DNA of 64,000 bases from Gemmatimonadota bacterium (GTDB lineage Bacteria; Gemmatimonadota; Gemmatimonadetes; Gemmatimonadales; Gemmatimonadaceae), in contig JANMLN010000002.1 in the NCBI GenBank assembly GCA_031372565.1, positions 1-64,000 on the forward strand, written 5' to 3'. Under the pieces are notes generated by a model. The model did no database searches, was not told where the DNA came from, and saw only the letters and a program-made list of their open reading frames with translations. Shown here piece after piece: positions 46,400 through 55,323 of this stretch; positions within the stretch are counted from its first letter, which is position 1; the number at the start of each line of letters is the position of its first letter. The translations under genes and the position numbers were made by a program.

Positions 46400-47557
46400 T
46401 CAGGCGTCGTCGGGCGTGACGCTTGGCGGCGCGGCGAGCGCCTTCATGGCGGATACCTGCGCCGCGTCGAGCGCACGATCGGCGTCGACGCGCAGGGTCG
46501 GCTGCACGCCCACGCGCTCCCACTCCAGCCCGGTCCGGGGGTCCGACACGCGGGTGACCGAGATGCCCACGGTGAAGCCATGACCCACGGAGAACGACTC
46601 CACCATGTGACCGGCGCCGGCCGTGCGATCGCCGACAACGGTCGCGCGGCCGGCGTTCTGGAGGATGAAGGCGAACTCTTCTGCGGCGGACGCGGTGAAG
46701 CGACTGGTGAGCACATAGAGCGGGACATCCGTGCGACGCGGACCTGGCACCTTCGCGAATGAGCGCATGGTGTACGGCGTGCCCGCGCGGCTCGTCACGC
46801 GAATGGTCGCACGTGGCGTCGCGTCGAGGAAGTGCGACGCCACCAGATGGCTCATGATGCCCGATCCGCCGCCATTGCGCCGCACGTCGATGATCATGGC
46901 GTCGGTGCGTTCGAGCAACCGCAGGGCGTCCTCGACGGCGTGCTCCATGCCCGGCGCGCCCATGAAACCCGTGATCTCGAGGTACCCGATGTTGCCGGGC
47001 AGCACCTCGGCGCGGCCGATGCCGAAGTTGCGTCGGCGCGCGCTCTGGTAGCGCGGGTCCTTGAGGAGACGCACCGGCACGTCGCCCGGCTGCTCCGAGA
47101 AGCCACCCGGTACGCGCCGCCGCGCCACGCTCGGCTCCGGCTCGGGTCGGCTGCCCGGGCCGGCGTCGCCTCGCGCCGCGGGGCGCCGGAGGGGCGCGGC
47201 GTCCTCGCCCTCGAAGTTCACGCTCAAGTGCAGGTCGTGATTCACGGCGCGGAGGTCGCGCGTGAGCAGCGACTCGAGGGCGTCGGTGGTGGTCGCGGTG
47301 TCGTACGCTCCCGCCTGGCGGCGTGCCCGCACCGTCGCGGCAATGAGACGCGCGGTGTCGGCATCCACGTACGTGCGCTCAACGAACGCGATCACCGAAT
47401 CCACGACGTCACGCCGTTCGACGGGCGTCAGGCGGCGAGTCTCCGCAGTGGGCAGGGGTGCCGCGATGCGTTGGGCTCCGACAGGGGCGGCGGCGGCGAG
47501 TGCCAGTGCCCACGCAGCGGCGAGGCGGGCGATCGACGAACAGATCGGGCGGGACAT
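46400..47557 (-). CDS. Secreted S41-family peptidase (IRBP-like)
   Basis: HDLHL, GNIGYL, IIDVRRNGGG, TASAAEEF, VGDRTAGAGH, WERVGVQP. Confidence 0.9.
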   Translation of the reverse strand: MSRPICSSIARLAAAWALALAAAAPVGAQRIAAPLPTAETRRLTPVERRDVVDSVIAFVERTYVDADTARLIAATVRARRQAGAYDTATTTDALESLLTRDLRAVNHDLHLSVNFEGEDAAPLRRPAARGDAGPGSRPEPEPSVARRRVPGGFSEQPGDVPVRLLKDPRYQSARRRNFGIGRAEVLPGNIGYLEITGFMGAPGMEHAVEDALRLLERTDAMIIDVRRNGGGSGIMSHLVASHFLDATPRATIRVTSRAGTPYTMRSFAKVPGPRRTDVPLYVLTSRFTASAAEEFAFILQNAGRATVVGDRTAGAGHMVESFSVGHGFTVGISVTRVSDPRTGLEWERVGVQPTLRVDADRALDAAQVSAMKALAAPPSVTPDDA

Positions 47558-47579
47558 GGAACCTCGAGATGCAGATGGA

Positions 47580-47676
47580 GACAAAGGTATACGTTTGTCA
47601 CCCGGCGGGCGTCACAGGTTGCATTTGCCATTGGTCGATGCCCTCCCCGCGTGCGCTGCGGATGTATACCTTTCCG
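47580..47676. promoter_or_regulatory. Two GTATAC-core palindromes, putative GntR operators
   Basis: GACAAAGGTATACGTTTGTC (47580-47599) and CGGATGTATACCTTTCCG (47659-47676) in the divergent S41/GntR gap. Confidence 0.65.
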
Positions 47677-47678
47677 AC

Positions 47679-48356
47679 GTGCCGCTCACCCCCTACCTCC
47701 GCCTCCGCACGCTCGTCGTGCGCGGCACGCTCGCCCCGGGGCAGGCGGTGAGTGAGGCCGGCCTCGCCGTGCGACTGGGCGTGAGCCGCACCCCGGTTCG
47801 GCAAGCCATGCAGCGCCTGCTCGCCGAGGGACTGCTCGTCATCACCGGCGGGGGCGCGCGTCCGCGCGTTGCGGTGGCCCCGCTGGATCAGGACGAGGGG
47901 CGCGAGTGCTATCTGGCCGTTGCGGCGCTCGAGGGACAGAGTGCACGCACCGTTGCTGGTTGGCCGGCCGCCACGCGGCGCGCGCTTGCGGAGCACCTGT
48001 CCGCGCTCGACGTCGCCTTTCGGACCGCCTCTCTGAGCGCCCGACCGTCCAACGACGTGCTGCACGATCGACATGCCGCCTTTCACGAACGACTGCGCGC
48101 GGCGACGGCCGGTCCGGTGATCCGCGACCTGCTCGCGCAATTGTCGCCGCGTCTGGAGCGGTATCAGTGGTTCCACGCACCACTCACCCGCAAGGCTGGC
48201 CTGGGCTTCGCGCATACGCACGCCGAGCACGCGGCGATCATTCGTGCCGTCCGCCGCGGCACGGCCGATCAGGTCGAGGCGCGCGTGCGCGCGAACTGGG
48301 AGCGCGCAGCCGAACGACTGCGCCACGCCATGGCGGGAGGCGCGCACACCGCATGA
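47679..48356 (+). CDS. GntR-family regulator (FCD domain)
   Basis: GTLAPGQAVSEAGLAVRLGVSRTPVRQAM..LLAEGL; FHE..., EHAAII. Confidence 0.88.
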   Translation: MPLTPYLRLRTLVVRGTLAPGQAVSEAGLAVRLGVSRTPVRQAMQRLLAEGLLVITGGGARPRVAVAPLDQDEGRECYLAVAALEGQSARTVAGWPAATRRALAEHLSALDVAFRTASLSARPSNDVLHDRHAAFHERLRAATAGPVIRDLLAQLSPRLERYQWFHAPLTRKAGLGFAHTHAEHAAIIRAVRRGTADQVEARVRANWERAAERLRHAMAGGAHTA

Positions 48357-49372
48357 CGCCACCGTTCCGGAATCCATCCGGCGTCGAATTCGACTCGCGC
48401 GGCCTGCCCCGCTGGATCTTCGATCGCGTCCGGCAGCGCCTCCCGCGCCCCCCACGCGCGCCGATCACGGGAGTGGCGCCCGACCTCGCGTACCTGCGCG
48501 CCAACCGGACCGACACCACGGTCACCTGGCTCGGGCACGCGGCCGTGTTGCTGCAGGTTGGGGGCGTGAACATTCTCACCGATCCGATGCTGACCGACTG
48601 GGCATCGCCCGTCGCGTTCTTCGGTCCGCGTCGCCACCAGCCCCCCGGCATCGCGCTGCGCGATCTGCCGCACATCGACGTGGTGCTCATTTCGCACGCC
48701 CATTACGACCATCTCGACCGCCCCAGTGTGCGTGCGCTCGCTCGGCAGCCCGGTGGGGGCCCGCACTTCCTCGTGCCGGCTGAACTCGACCGCTGGTTCA
48801 CCCGCAACGTGCCGGGTGTGGATGCGCGCGGATCGCATCGCCGGGTGCACGCGCTGCCGTGGGATGCCTCGATGCCGGGCCCGGGCCCCGCCGCCGACAT
48901 CGCGTTCCACTTCCTGCCCGTGCAGCACTGGGCCAATCGCACGGTCTTCGCGCGCAACGACACCGCGTGGGGCAGCTGGGCGATCATTCACCCCACCTTC
49001 CGCTTCTGGTTCTCCGGCGATCTCGGCTACTCGGAGGATCCGCGTCGGATCGGCGATCGGTTCGGCCGTTTCGATCTGGCCGCCATCGCGATCGGCGCCT
49101 ACGAGCCGCGCTGGTTCATGCGCGCACAGCACGTCAATCCCGAGGAAGCGGTGCAGGTGATGCACGACGTGCGGGCCGCGCAGGCGTTCGGCATCCACTG
49201 GGGCACGTTCGCCCTCACCGATGAATCACTGGACCAGCCGCCGCGCGACTTGCTCGCCGCAACGGCTGCCCGCGGCATGCCGGCCGATCAGTTCACGACG
49301 TGGCGACACGGGGAGACGCGTCGCTTTCCGGCCGGCGTGCCAGGTAGACCAGCAGCGCCGGGCAGCCCATGA
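48353..49372 (+). CDS. MBL-fold metallo-hydrolase (RomA/NAPE-PLD-like)
   Basis: TWLGHA, LTDP, SHAHYDHLD, GAYEPRWFM..QHVNPEEA, IHWGTF. Confidence 0.9.
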   Translation: MTPPFRNPSGVEFDSRGLPRWIFDRVRQRLPRPPRAPITGVAPDLAYLRANRTDTTVTWLGHAAVLLQVGGVNILTDPMLTDWASPVAFFGPRRHQPPGIALRDLPHIDVVLISHAHYDHLDRPSVRALARQPGGGPHFLVPAELDRWFTRNVPGVDARGSHRRVHALPWDASMPGPGPAADIAFHFLPVQHWANRTVFARNDTAWGSWAIIHPTFRFWFSGDLGYSEDPRRIGDRFGRFDLAAIAIGAYEPRWFMRAQHVNPEEAVQVMHDVRAAQAFGIHWGTFALTDESLDQPPRDLLAATAARGMPADQFTTWRHGETRRFPAGVPGRPAAPGSP

Positions 49373-49625
49373 GCAGCGTGGCGGGCCACCACGCCTTCGA
49401 CCGCCCGCTCGCCTTGAGATCGCGCCACAACCAGACCAGCACGACGGCGGTGAACACCGCCATGTCGTTCCACGCCATGAACACCATCGGATCGCGCTGC
49501 AGCGTGTCCCAGGCGTGGCTGAGCGCCGCGCCGATGGAACCGTTCTGCGCCATCCATTGCTGGAACGCGTACTGTTCGTAGACGAAGAACAACACGGCGT
49601 AGATCACGTACCGGGGACGTCGCAT
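49293..49625 (-). CDS. Small membrane protein (DUF2834-like)
   Basis: Three hydrophobic segments; DPMVFMAWND; 3' end overlaps the MBL gene. Confidence 0.6.
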   Translation of the reverse strand: MRRPRYVIYAVLFFVYEQYAFQQWMAQNGSIGAALSHAWDTLQRDPMVFMAWNDMAVFTAVVLVWLWRDLKASGRSKAWWPATLLMGCPALLVYLARRPESDASPRVATS

Positions 49626-49718
49626 GGCGTCTGGGCGTGGAATGAAGGGTTCGGCTGCGTGTCGTCATGCGAAGCCGCGACGATGGCCGGCGCTGCGTGT
49701 GCGCGCGTCCGCTGGCGC

Positions 49719-50666
49719 CTACCCGACGCGCTTCCGCGCGAGCGGACGTGCGAAGGCATTGGTTGGGTTGTGGATGTTGATCGTCATGATCTTCTTCCAC
49801 AGTTCCATGGCGGCCGCCTTGTCGCCGGTCTTCTCGTAGGCCTGCGCGAGCAGCGACAACACGAACGGGTCGTTCTGCTGCGCCTGCTTGAGCTCCGTGA
49901 TCGCCGTCGTCATGTCGCCACCGAAGAACGCGACGTAGCCGGTGAGGTACGGCATGAAGCTGAGCTGGCCGGGATTGGTCCCCTTGTCGAGGAACCCCTT
50001 GGCGTGCCCCACGTGCATCAGCGCCTGCGCCTTGTCGCCCTTGCGCGCCGAGAGCCGCGCGAGCGCATTGTGCCAGCGGAAGTTCCAGAGGTCCTTGGCC
50101 GAGTCCGGCAGCACCGACTGCTTCATGGCCGCGTCGTAGCCGGTCTTGTACCACTCCTGCGCCACCTTCAGGTCGCCACTCTCGAGACAGAGACGCGCGA
50201 GCTCGTTGGCCACCCCTGCGGCCGCGTCGAGATCCCCCTTGGCCACTTCAGCGTCAAACGCCTGCTTCGCGAACTTGACCGAGTTACCGCAATCCTGCTC
50301 GAAGGCGTACGAGAACGCCATGTTGCGCAGCGCGCCGCCCTTGGCCTCCGGCTTCGCGACCTCGATGGCCGTCGCGAGATACTTGCGCGCGTCGCTGTAC
50401 CGGCCGAGGAGATCGAGCGCGACGCCACTCGACAGGTTGGCCTCGTACATCTTCGGATCGGCGGCCAGTGCCTTGGCGTACTCCTTGAGCGCTTCCTCGT
50501 GCTTGCCCTGGTTCGCGAGCTTCCGGCCCTCGCGCACGGCATCGCCCGCCGGGCCTGCGGGCAACGGGGCGCCCTGCGCGCGCAGGGTGCCAACCGGCAA
50601 CAGGACGGCAACGACCGCGAGAGCGGTCAGGGCGAGCGCGCGTAGCGTGCGGACGACGAATGACAT
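49719..50666 (-). CDS. Secreted TPR-repeat protein
   Basis: Signal peptide ending LRA-Q; helical TPR-like repeats. Confidence 0.8.
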   Translation of the reverse strand: MSFVVRTLRALALTALAVVAVLLPVGTLRAQGAPLPAGPAGDAVREGRKLANQGKHEEALKEYAKALAADPKMYEANLSSGVALDLLGRYSDARKYLATAIEVAKPEAKGGALRNMAFSYAFEQDCGNSVKFAKQAFDAEVAKGDLDAAAGVANELARLCLESGDLKVAQEWYKTGYDAAMKQSVLPDSAKDLWNFRWHNALARLSARKGDKAQALMHVGHAKGFLDKGTNPGQLSFMPYLTGYVAFFGGDMTTAITELKQAQQNDPFVLSLLAQAYEKTGDKAAAMELWKKIMTINIHNPTNAFARPLARKRVG

Positions 50667-50823
50667 GGGATGACCGGGCAAGGTGGGAGGAGAGGGTGGA
50701 GGCAAGCCGGCGACGGCCGCCCGAGAGGAGGCTAGCGTGCCCGGTTCGTTGGCGCCACGGCTGGTTGCCGTCCCCTGCCCTGCCACCCGCTCCGGCCGCC
50801 CGTCCGAGAGATATGTTGGTGAA

Positions 50824-51972
50824 ATGCCTCGTCTTCCCATCCACCGCCCGCGCGCCGCCATTGGCCTCGCGCTCCTGATCGCCTGCGCGTCCACAGCGTC
50901 GTCCGCACAGGTCCGCCGCAACGAGCAGCAGAAGCCCCCGGCGATGACGATCGACGAGTACGAGCCCACGTCGATGCTCATCACCAAGGCGACGCCGGTC
51001 GTGCGCGCGCGCTTTCCGTTTGTCGACATCCACGGGCACCAGAACTTGTCGATGGGCGACGATCCGCTGGCGGCGTTGGTCGGACAGATGGACAAGATGA
51101 ACCTCAGGACGATGGTCAACCTGAGCGGCGGCTCCGGGAGCTCGCTTGCGGCTCAGGTGAGCAACGCCCGCAAGAAGTACCCGGGCCGGTTCGTCGTCTT
51201 CGCCAACATCGACTGGAATCGCGTGACCGAGCCCGACTTCGGTGCCAAGGCGGCCGCGCAACTCGAGCGCGACGTGAAGGAAGGCGGCGCCGCCGGCCTC
51301 AAGATCTTCAAGAATCTCGGCATGGACACGTACTGGGCCGATGGCTCGCGCGTCCGGACCGACGACCCACGCCTCGCGCCCATCTGGGACAAGTGCGGCG
51401 AGCTCGGCATTCCGGTACTCATTCACACCGCGGAGCCGCCGGCCTTCTTCCTCCCGGTGGACAAGCGCAATGAGCGCTACCTGGAGCTCACGCAGTTTCC
51501 GGGTCGGACGCGCCCGAGCGACAAGTATCCGCCCTTCGATTCGCTGATCGCCGAGCAGCACCGGATGTTCAAGCGGCATGCCAAGACGACATTCATCAGC
51601 GCACACCTCTCGTGGCTCGGGCAGGATCTCGCTCGGCTCTCGCGCACGATGGACACGATTCCGAACATGGTGGTCGAGGTCGCCGCGGCACTGTACGAGA
51701 TTGGCCGCCAGCCCAAGGCCGGGCGTGCGTTCTTCCTCAAGTACCAGGACCGGATCCTGATGGGGAAGGACACCTTCGGCGACGAGACCGAGTACGGCGT
51801 GTATTTCCGCATCTTCGAGACCGGCGACGAGTACTTCCCGTGGTACCGGCGGCGGCATGCGTTCTGGGGGATGTACGGACTGGAGCTCCCCGACGACGTG
51901 CTCAAGAAGGTGTACTACAAGAACGCCCTGCGCATCGTGAAGGCCATCGACCCATCGAGCTTCCCGAAGTAG
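50824..51972 (+). CDS. Secreted amidohydrolase_2-family protein
   Basis: FVDIHGH, GLKIFKNLG, PVLIHT, DRILMGKD, VLKKVYYKNA. Confidence 0.88.
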   Translation: MPRLPIHRPRAAIGLALLIACASTASSAQVRRNEQQKPPAMTIDEYEPTSMLITKATPVVRARFPFVDIHGHQNLSMGDDPLAALVGQMDKMNLRTMVNLSGGSGSSLAAQVSNARKKYPGRFVVFANIDWNRVTEPDFGAKAAAQLERDVKEGGAAGLKIFKNLGMDTYWADGSRVRTDDPRLAPIWDKCGELGIPVLIHTAEPPAFFLPVDKRNERYLELTQFPGRTRPSDKYPPFDSLIAEQHRMFKRHAKTTFISAHLSWLGQDLARLSRTMDTIPNMVVEVAAALYEIGRQPKAGRAFFLKYQDRILMGKDTFGDETEYGVYFRIFETGDEYFPWYRRRHAFWGMYGLELPDDVLKKVYYKNALRIVKAIDPSSFPK

Positions 51973-51976
51973 CGCT

Positions 51977-53338
51977 ATGGGTGCTGCGCCGCTGCCACCA
52001 CCGTCGCAGGAGCCGCTCCCGTTCTGGGTCGCGGCCGTGCTTCGTCGTCGCGGCATCTATCTGGCCGCGCTCCTCGCAGGCACCGGCCTCCTTCACCTCG
52101 TGGGGTCGTTCGGCGTGTCGTGGGACGACTACGCGGTGCTCGGCACCCTCTTCGTCTCGGCAGAGCTGGCGCAGCGGATCGGCAGTCGGGCACGCAGCGT
52201 CGGGGAGCAAAGTGCCATCCTCGAGGCGTTCTTCGTGGTCGAGGTCCTCCTCCTCGGCTGGACCACGTGGTGGATGAGCGGAACGCGTTGGCTCGGACCT
52301 GCCGCGCTGCTGTTCGAGCTCATCTTCGCCAACATGGCGCTGCCCAGGCGCGCCGCGCAGCGGATCACCGTCCTTGCCATCGTCACGTACCTGGCGATCG
52401 TGTGGGCGGAGGAACTGGGGATGATCGTGTCGAAGCAGTCGTTTGGCGTTCCCTCGTACCTTGGCAATTGGCATGTCGCGGTGGGCGCCTCGATCGGAGG
52501 AACGGTCCTGATGCTGTTCGCGGCCGAGGCGCAGCGGCGTTACGCGGCGTTGCTCGCCGCGCAGGAGTCGCGCCGCGCCGCCGGCGATCGCCTCCAGACG
52601 CTCGGACGCTTCAGCACCGCGATCGCGCACGACGCGAGCAACGTCCTCACGGTCATCCGGCTCAACGTCGAGGAGTTGGAGCAGCTGCTGCCGGAGGGAC
52701 ACGCCGGTCGCGAGGCGGTCCTCGCGATCACGGCGGCCGCACAACACGGCAGTGCCCTCTCGCGCCAGCTGCTCGCGTACGGACGGCGACAATCACGTGC
52801 TCCGGTGCGCCTGAACGTCGGCACCGCACTGGCGCACATCGAACCGTTCGTGTCGAGGCTGTTGGGCGCCGCGATCACGCTGCGCATCCGCGTGTCATCG
52901 CCGGCACCGGTGATCATCGGTGACCCGACGCAGTTCGAACAGGTCGTCGTCAACCTGTTGACCAATGCCCGGGACGCCATGAACGGCCGCGGCACGCTGC
53001 GCGTCGGCGTTGACCAGGTACTCGCAGACGGAGCGGCAGGCCTGCCGCTGCTCGCGGACGAGCGAGCGGCGGACCATGTGGTCGGTACGGCTCCGTCCGA
53101 CGGTCGCTGGTGCCGCATCAGCATCCTGGATGATGGGAGCGGCATCCCGGAGGCGACCCTGCCGCGCATTCTCGAGCCCTTCTTCACGACCAAGGCCGAG
53201 GACAAGGGCAACGGGATCGGCCTCGCCACCGTGCAGGACGTGCTCGGCGGCGCGCGCGGACAGCTTCGCATTGCCACCGCGCATGGGCGCGGCACGCGAG
53301 TGGACGTGTACTGGCCCTCGGCACCGGTGGACGGGTAG
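51977..53338 (+). CDS. Membrane sensor histidine kinase (no receiver domain)
   Basis: Multi-TM N-terminus; IAHDASNVL, NLLTNARDAM, DDGSGI, PFFTTK, GNGIGLA. Confidence 0.9.
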   Translation: MGAAPLPPPSQEPLPFWVAAVLRRRGIYLAALLAGTGLLHLVGSFGVSWDDYAVLGTLFVSAELAQRIGSRARSVGEQSAILEAFFVVEVLLLGWTTWWMSGTRWLGPAALLFELIFANMALPRRAAQRITVLAIVTYLAIVWAEELGMIVSKQSFGVPSYLGNWHVAVGASIGGTVLMLFAAEAQRRYAALLAAQESRRAAGDRLQTLGRFSTAIAHDASNVLTVIRLNVEELEQLLPEGHAGREAVLAITAAAQHGSALSRQLLAYGRRQSRAPVRLNVGTALAHIEPFVSRLLGAAITLRIRVSSPAPVIIGDPTQFEQVVVNLLTNARDAMNGRGTLRVGVDQVLADGAAGLPLLADERAADHVVGTAPSDGRWCRISILDDGSGIPEATLPRILEPFFTTKAEDKGNGIGLATVQDVLGGARGQLRIATAHGRGTRVDVYWPSAPVDG

Positions 53339-53344
53339 CCCGCG

Positions 53345-54745
53345 CTACGCCGCGATCTTGACCTCGATCGCGCGCCACTTGCCTTGGCGGAACCGCACCA
53401 CGCTGAGCACGGCGCGCGTGAAGTGACCGCACACCACCGCGGTCCAGATATGGTGCGACTGCAAGGTGCCGGTCGACTGGATAACCGTGCAGATCCCGAG
53501 CGGCACCACGATCTGGCTCACGATGGAGATGATGAGCGGGCTCCGCGTGTCGCCCGTGCCTTGCAGCGCGCCCGTGTAGCTCAGCGCGACCGTGATGAAG
53601 AACCCCGAGAGCGCGAGGTAGCGCAACAACTCGACCGCGATATCGGCCGCTGGTCCGCCGTCCATGCCGAAGATGAGCAGCAACGGACGCGGGATCACGA
53701 CGAACAGCAGTCCGAAGAACGCCGCGACGCCGATGCCAAGCTTGGCTGCCGCCGCGGCCGCCTGCGCCGCACGATCGGGATGGCCCGCGCCGAGGTTCTG
53801 CCCTGCGACGGCGGCGGTGGAGCCCATGAGCCCGACGGATGTCCACGTGATGAACGAGAAGAGCTCGGTGTAGCCCACCGACCACGCCGCCTGCGACTCG
53901 GCGCTCTGCGACAACGAGCCGATGAAGCGCAGCAGGAAGACACCGGCGACGTTCATCGCGATTCCTTGAATACCCGCCGGAAGCCCGAACTCGAAGAGCG
54001 CCTTGATGACGTCCCAGTCCGGCTTGTACGAGGAGAGCCCCTTGAACGAGACGACCCAGGCGCCGGCCCACAGTTGGCGAATGGCGAACAGCCCGACCGA
54101 CGCGCTGGCGAGCGACGTACCGATCGCTGCGCCGGTGGTGCCCAGGCGCGGAATCGGGCCCCACCCGCGAATCAGCAGGATATTGAGGACGATGTTGAGC
54201 ACGGTCATCGTGACGCCCAGGCGGAGCGGCGTCTTGGCGTCGCCTGCCGCGCGCAGTGCGCCACCTAGCATGAAGAACAGCATCATGCCGATGCTGCACG
54301 TGAACATGATGCGGAGAAACGGCGTCGCCTCGGCGCGGACCGCATCGGTGGCATGCACGAGGTTGAGCAGCGCCGGTGTCGCGAAGTAGCCGACCGGGGC
54401 CAGCACGAGGAACGAGAGTGAGGCGGCGGTGATGAACGCCTGGTAGACGACGCGATTGACCTTGTCGCGGTCGCCCGCGCCGGCGAAACGCGCCGCGAGC
54501 ACCCCCATGCCGGTGAACAGCGACCCGACGAACACCATCACGACGAGGAAGATCTGCCACGACACGCCGATGGCCGCGTTGGCCGTGAAGCCCACGTAGT
54601 TGCCGACCAGTGCGTGATCGATGACCCCTTGCAGCCCCGCGATCATGTTCTGGACCATGGTCGGCCAGGCGATGCGCCAGACGGCGGCGGGGATGGGACC
54701 CTCGACGATCGAGCGATCCAGCGTTTTGGGCTTGGGAGGGGCCAT
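53345..54745 (-). CDS. MATE-family efflux transporter
   Basis: LRAAGDAKTPL, NIVLNILL, GTTGAAIGT, GQNLGAG, LQGTGDTRSP. Confidence 0.93.
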   Translation of the reverse strand: MAPPKPKTLDRSIVEGPIPAAVWRIAWPTMVQNMIAGLQGVIDHALVGNYVGFTANAAIGVSWQIFLVVMVFVGSLFTGMGVLAARFAGAGDRDKVNRVVYQAFITAASLSFLVLAPVGYFATPALLNLVHATDAVRAEATPFLRIMFTCSIGMMLFFMLGGALRAAGDAKTPLRLGVTMTVLNIVLNILLIRGWGPIPRLGTTGAAIGTSLASASVGLFAIRQLWAGAWVVSFKGLSSYKPDWDVIKALFEFGLPAGIQGIAMNVAGVFLLRFIGSLSQSAESQAAWSVGYTELFSFITWTSVGLMGSTAAVAGQNLGAGHPDRAAQAAAAAAKLGIGVAAFFGLLFVVIPRPLLLIFGMDGGPAADIAVELLRYLALSGFFITVALSYTGALQGTGDTRSPLIISIVSQIVVPLGICTVIQSTGTLQSHHIWTAVVCGHFTRAVLSVVRFRQGKWRAIEVKIAA

Positions 54746-54879
54746 AAGCGTGGTAGCTTGGACCGCCGCGCCGGGTTCTTCAAGGGCGGGCGCCCGGGCG
54801 GCGCGTCGTTGCTATCTTGGGCGGCGTGGTTGCGAACTACGCACCGCTGTTCGTTGGGAACTTCGCCGAGGATTCGACC

Positions 54880-55278
54880 ATGCAGCATGTTGTGCGTCGT
54901 TCTGTCGTCGTCCTGGGACTGCTGCCCATGCTTGCGGCCTGTGGCGAGACGCTCGCGTCGCGGGTCGAGAAGTCGATGGACGGCTGCCTGGCCCAGCGGA
55001 ACCCGCTGTTTGTGGCGGGGCGTGGCGCAGAAGCGGTGCAACTGCCGCTCACCCCCGAGGTCGAGGCGATCGCGAGAAAGCTCGACTATCCTGGCGCGTT
55101 CCGGCAGTTCAAGGGCTTGGCCGAGAAGGCCGCGACGCAGGCGATTCTTACCTGCGCGCTCGATCTGGCGGCGCACTTCTCGCTGCCGGAGGGGAAGGAG
55201 TTCGTGCAGCTGTACACGAAGCACCCGAATGCGGACGTGGCGGCGGCGGCGCAGCGATACGTCGCGCGGTACAAGTAG
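54880..55278 (+). CDS. Hypothetical lipoprotein
   Basis: Lipobox LAAC; coding-like codon usage. Confidence 0.65.
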   Translation: MQHVVRRSVVVLGLLPMLAACGETLASRVEKSMDGCLAQRNPLFVAGRGAEAVQLPLTPEVEAIARKLDYPGAFRQFKGLAEKAATQAILTCALDLAAHFSLPEGKEFVQLYTKHPNADVAAAAQRYVARYK

Positions 55279-55323
55279 GGGCGGTGCCCGCGGCACCTCG
55301 CCGCGTTGGCGCGCACGACCGAG

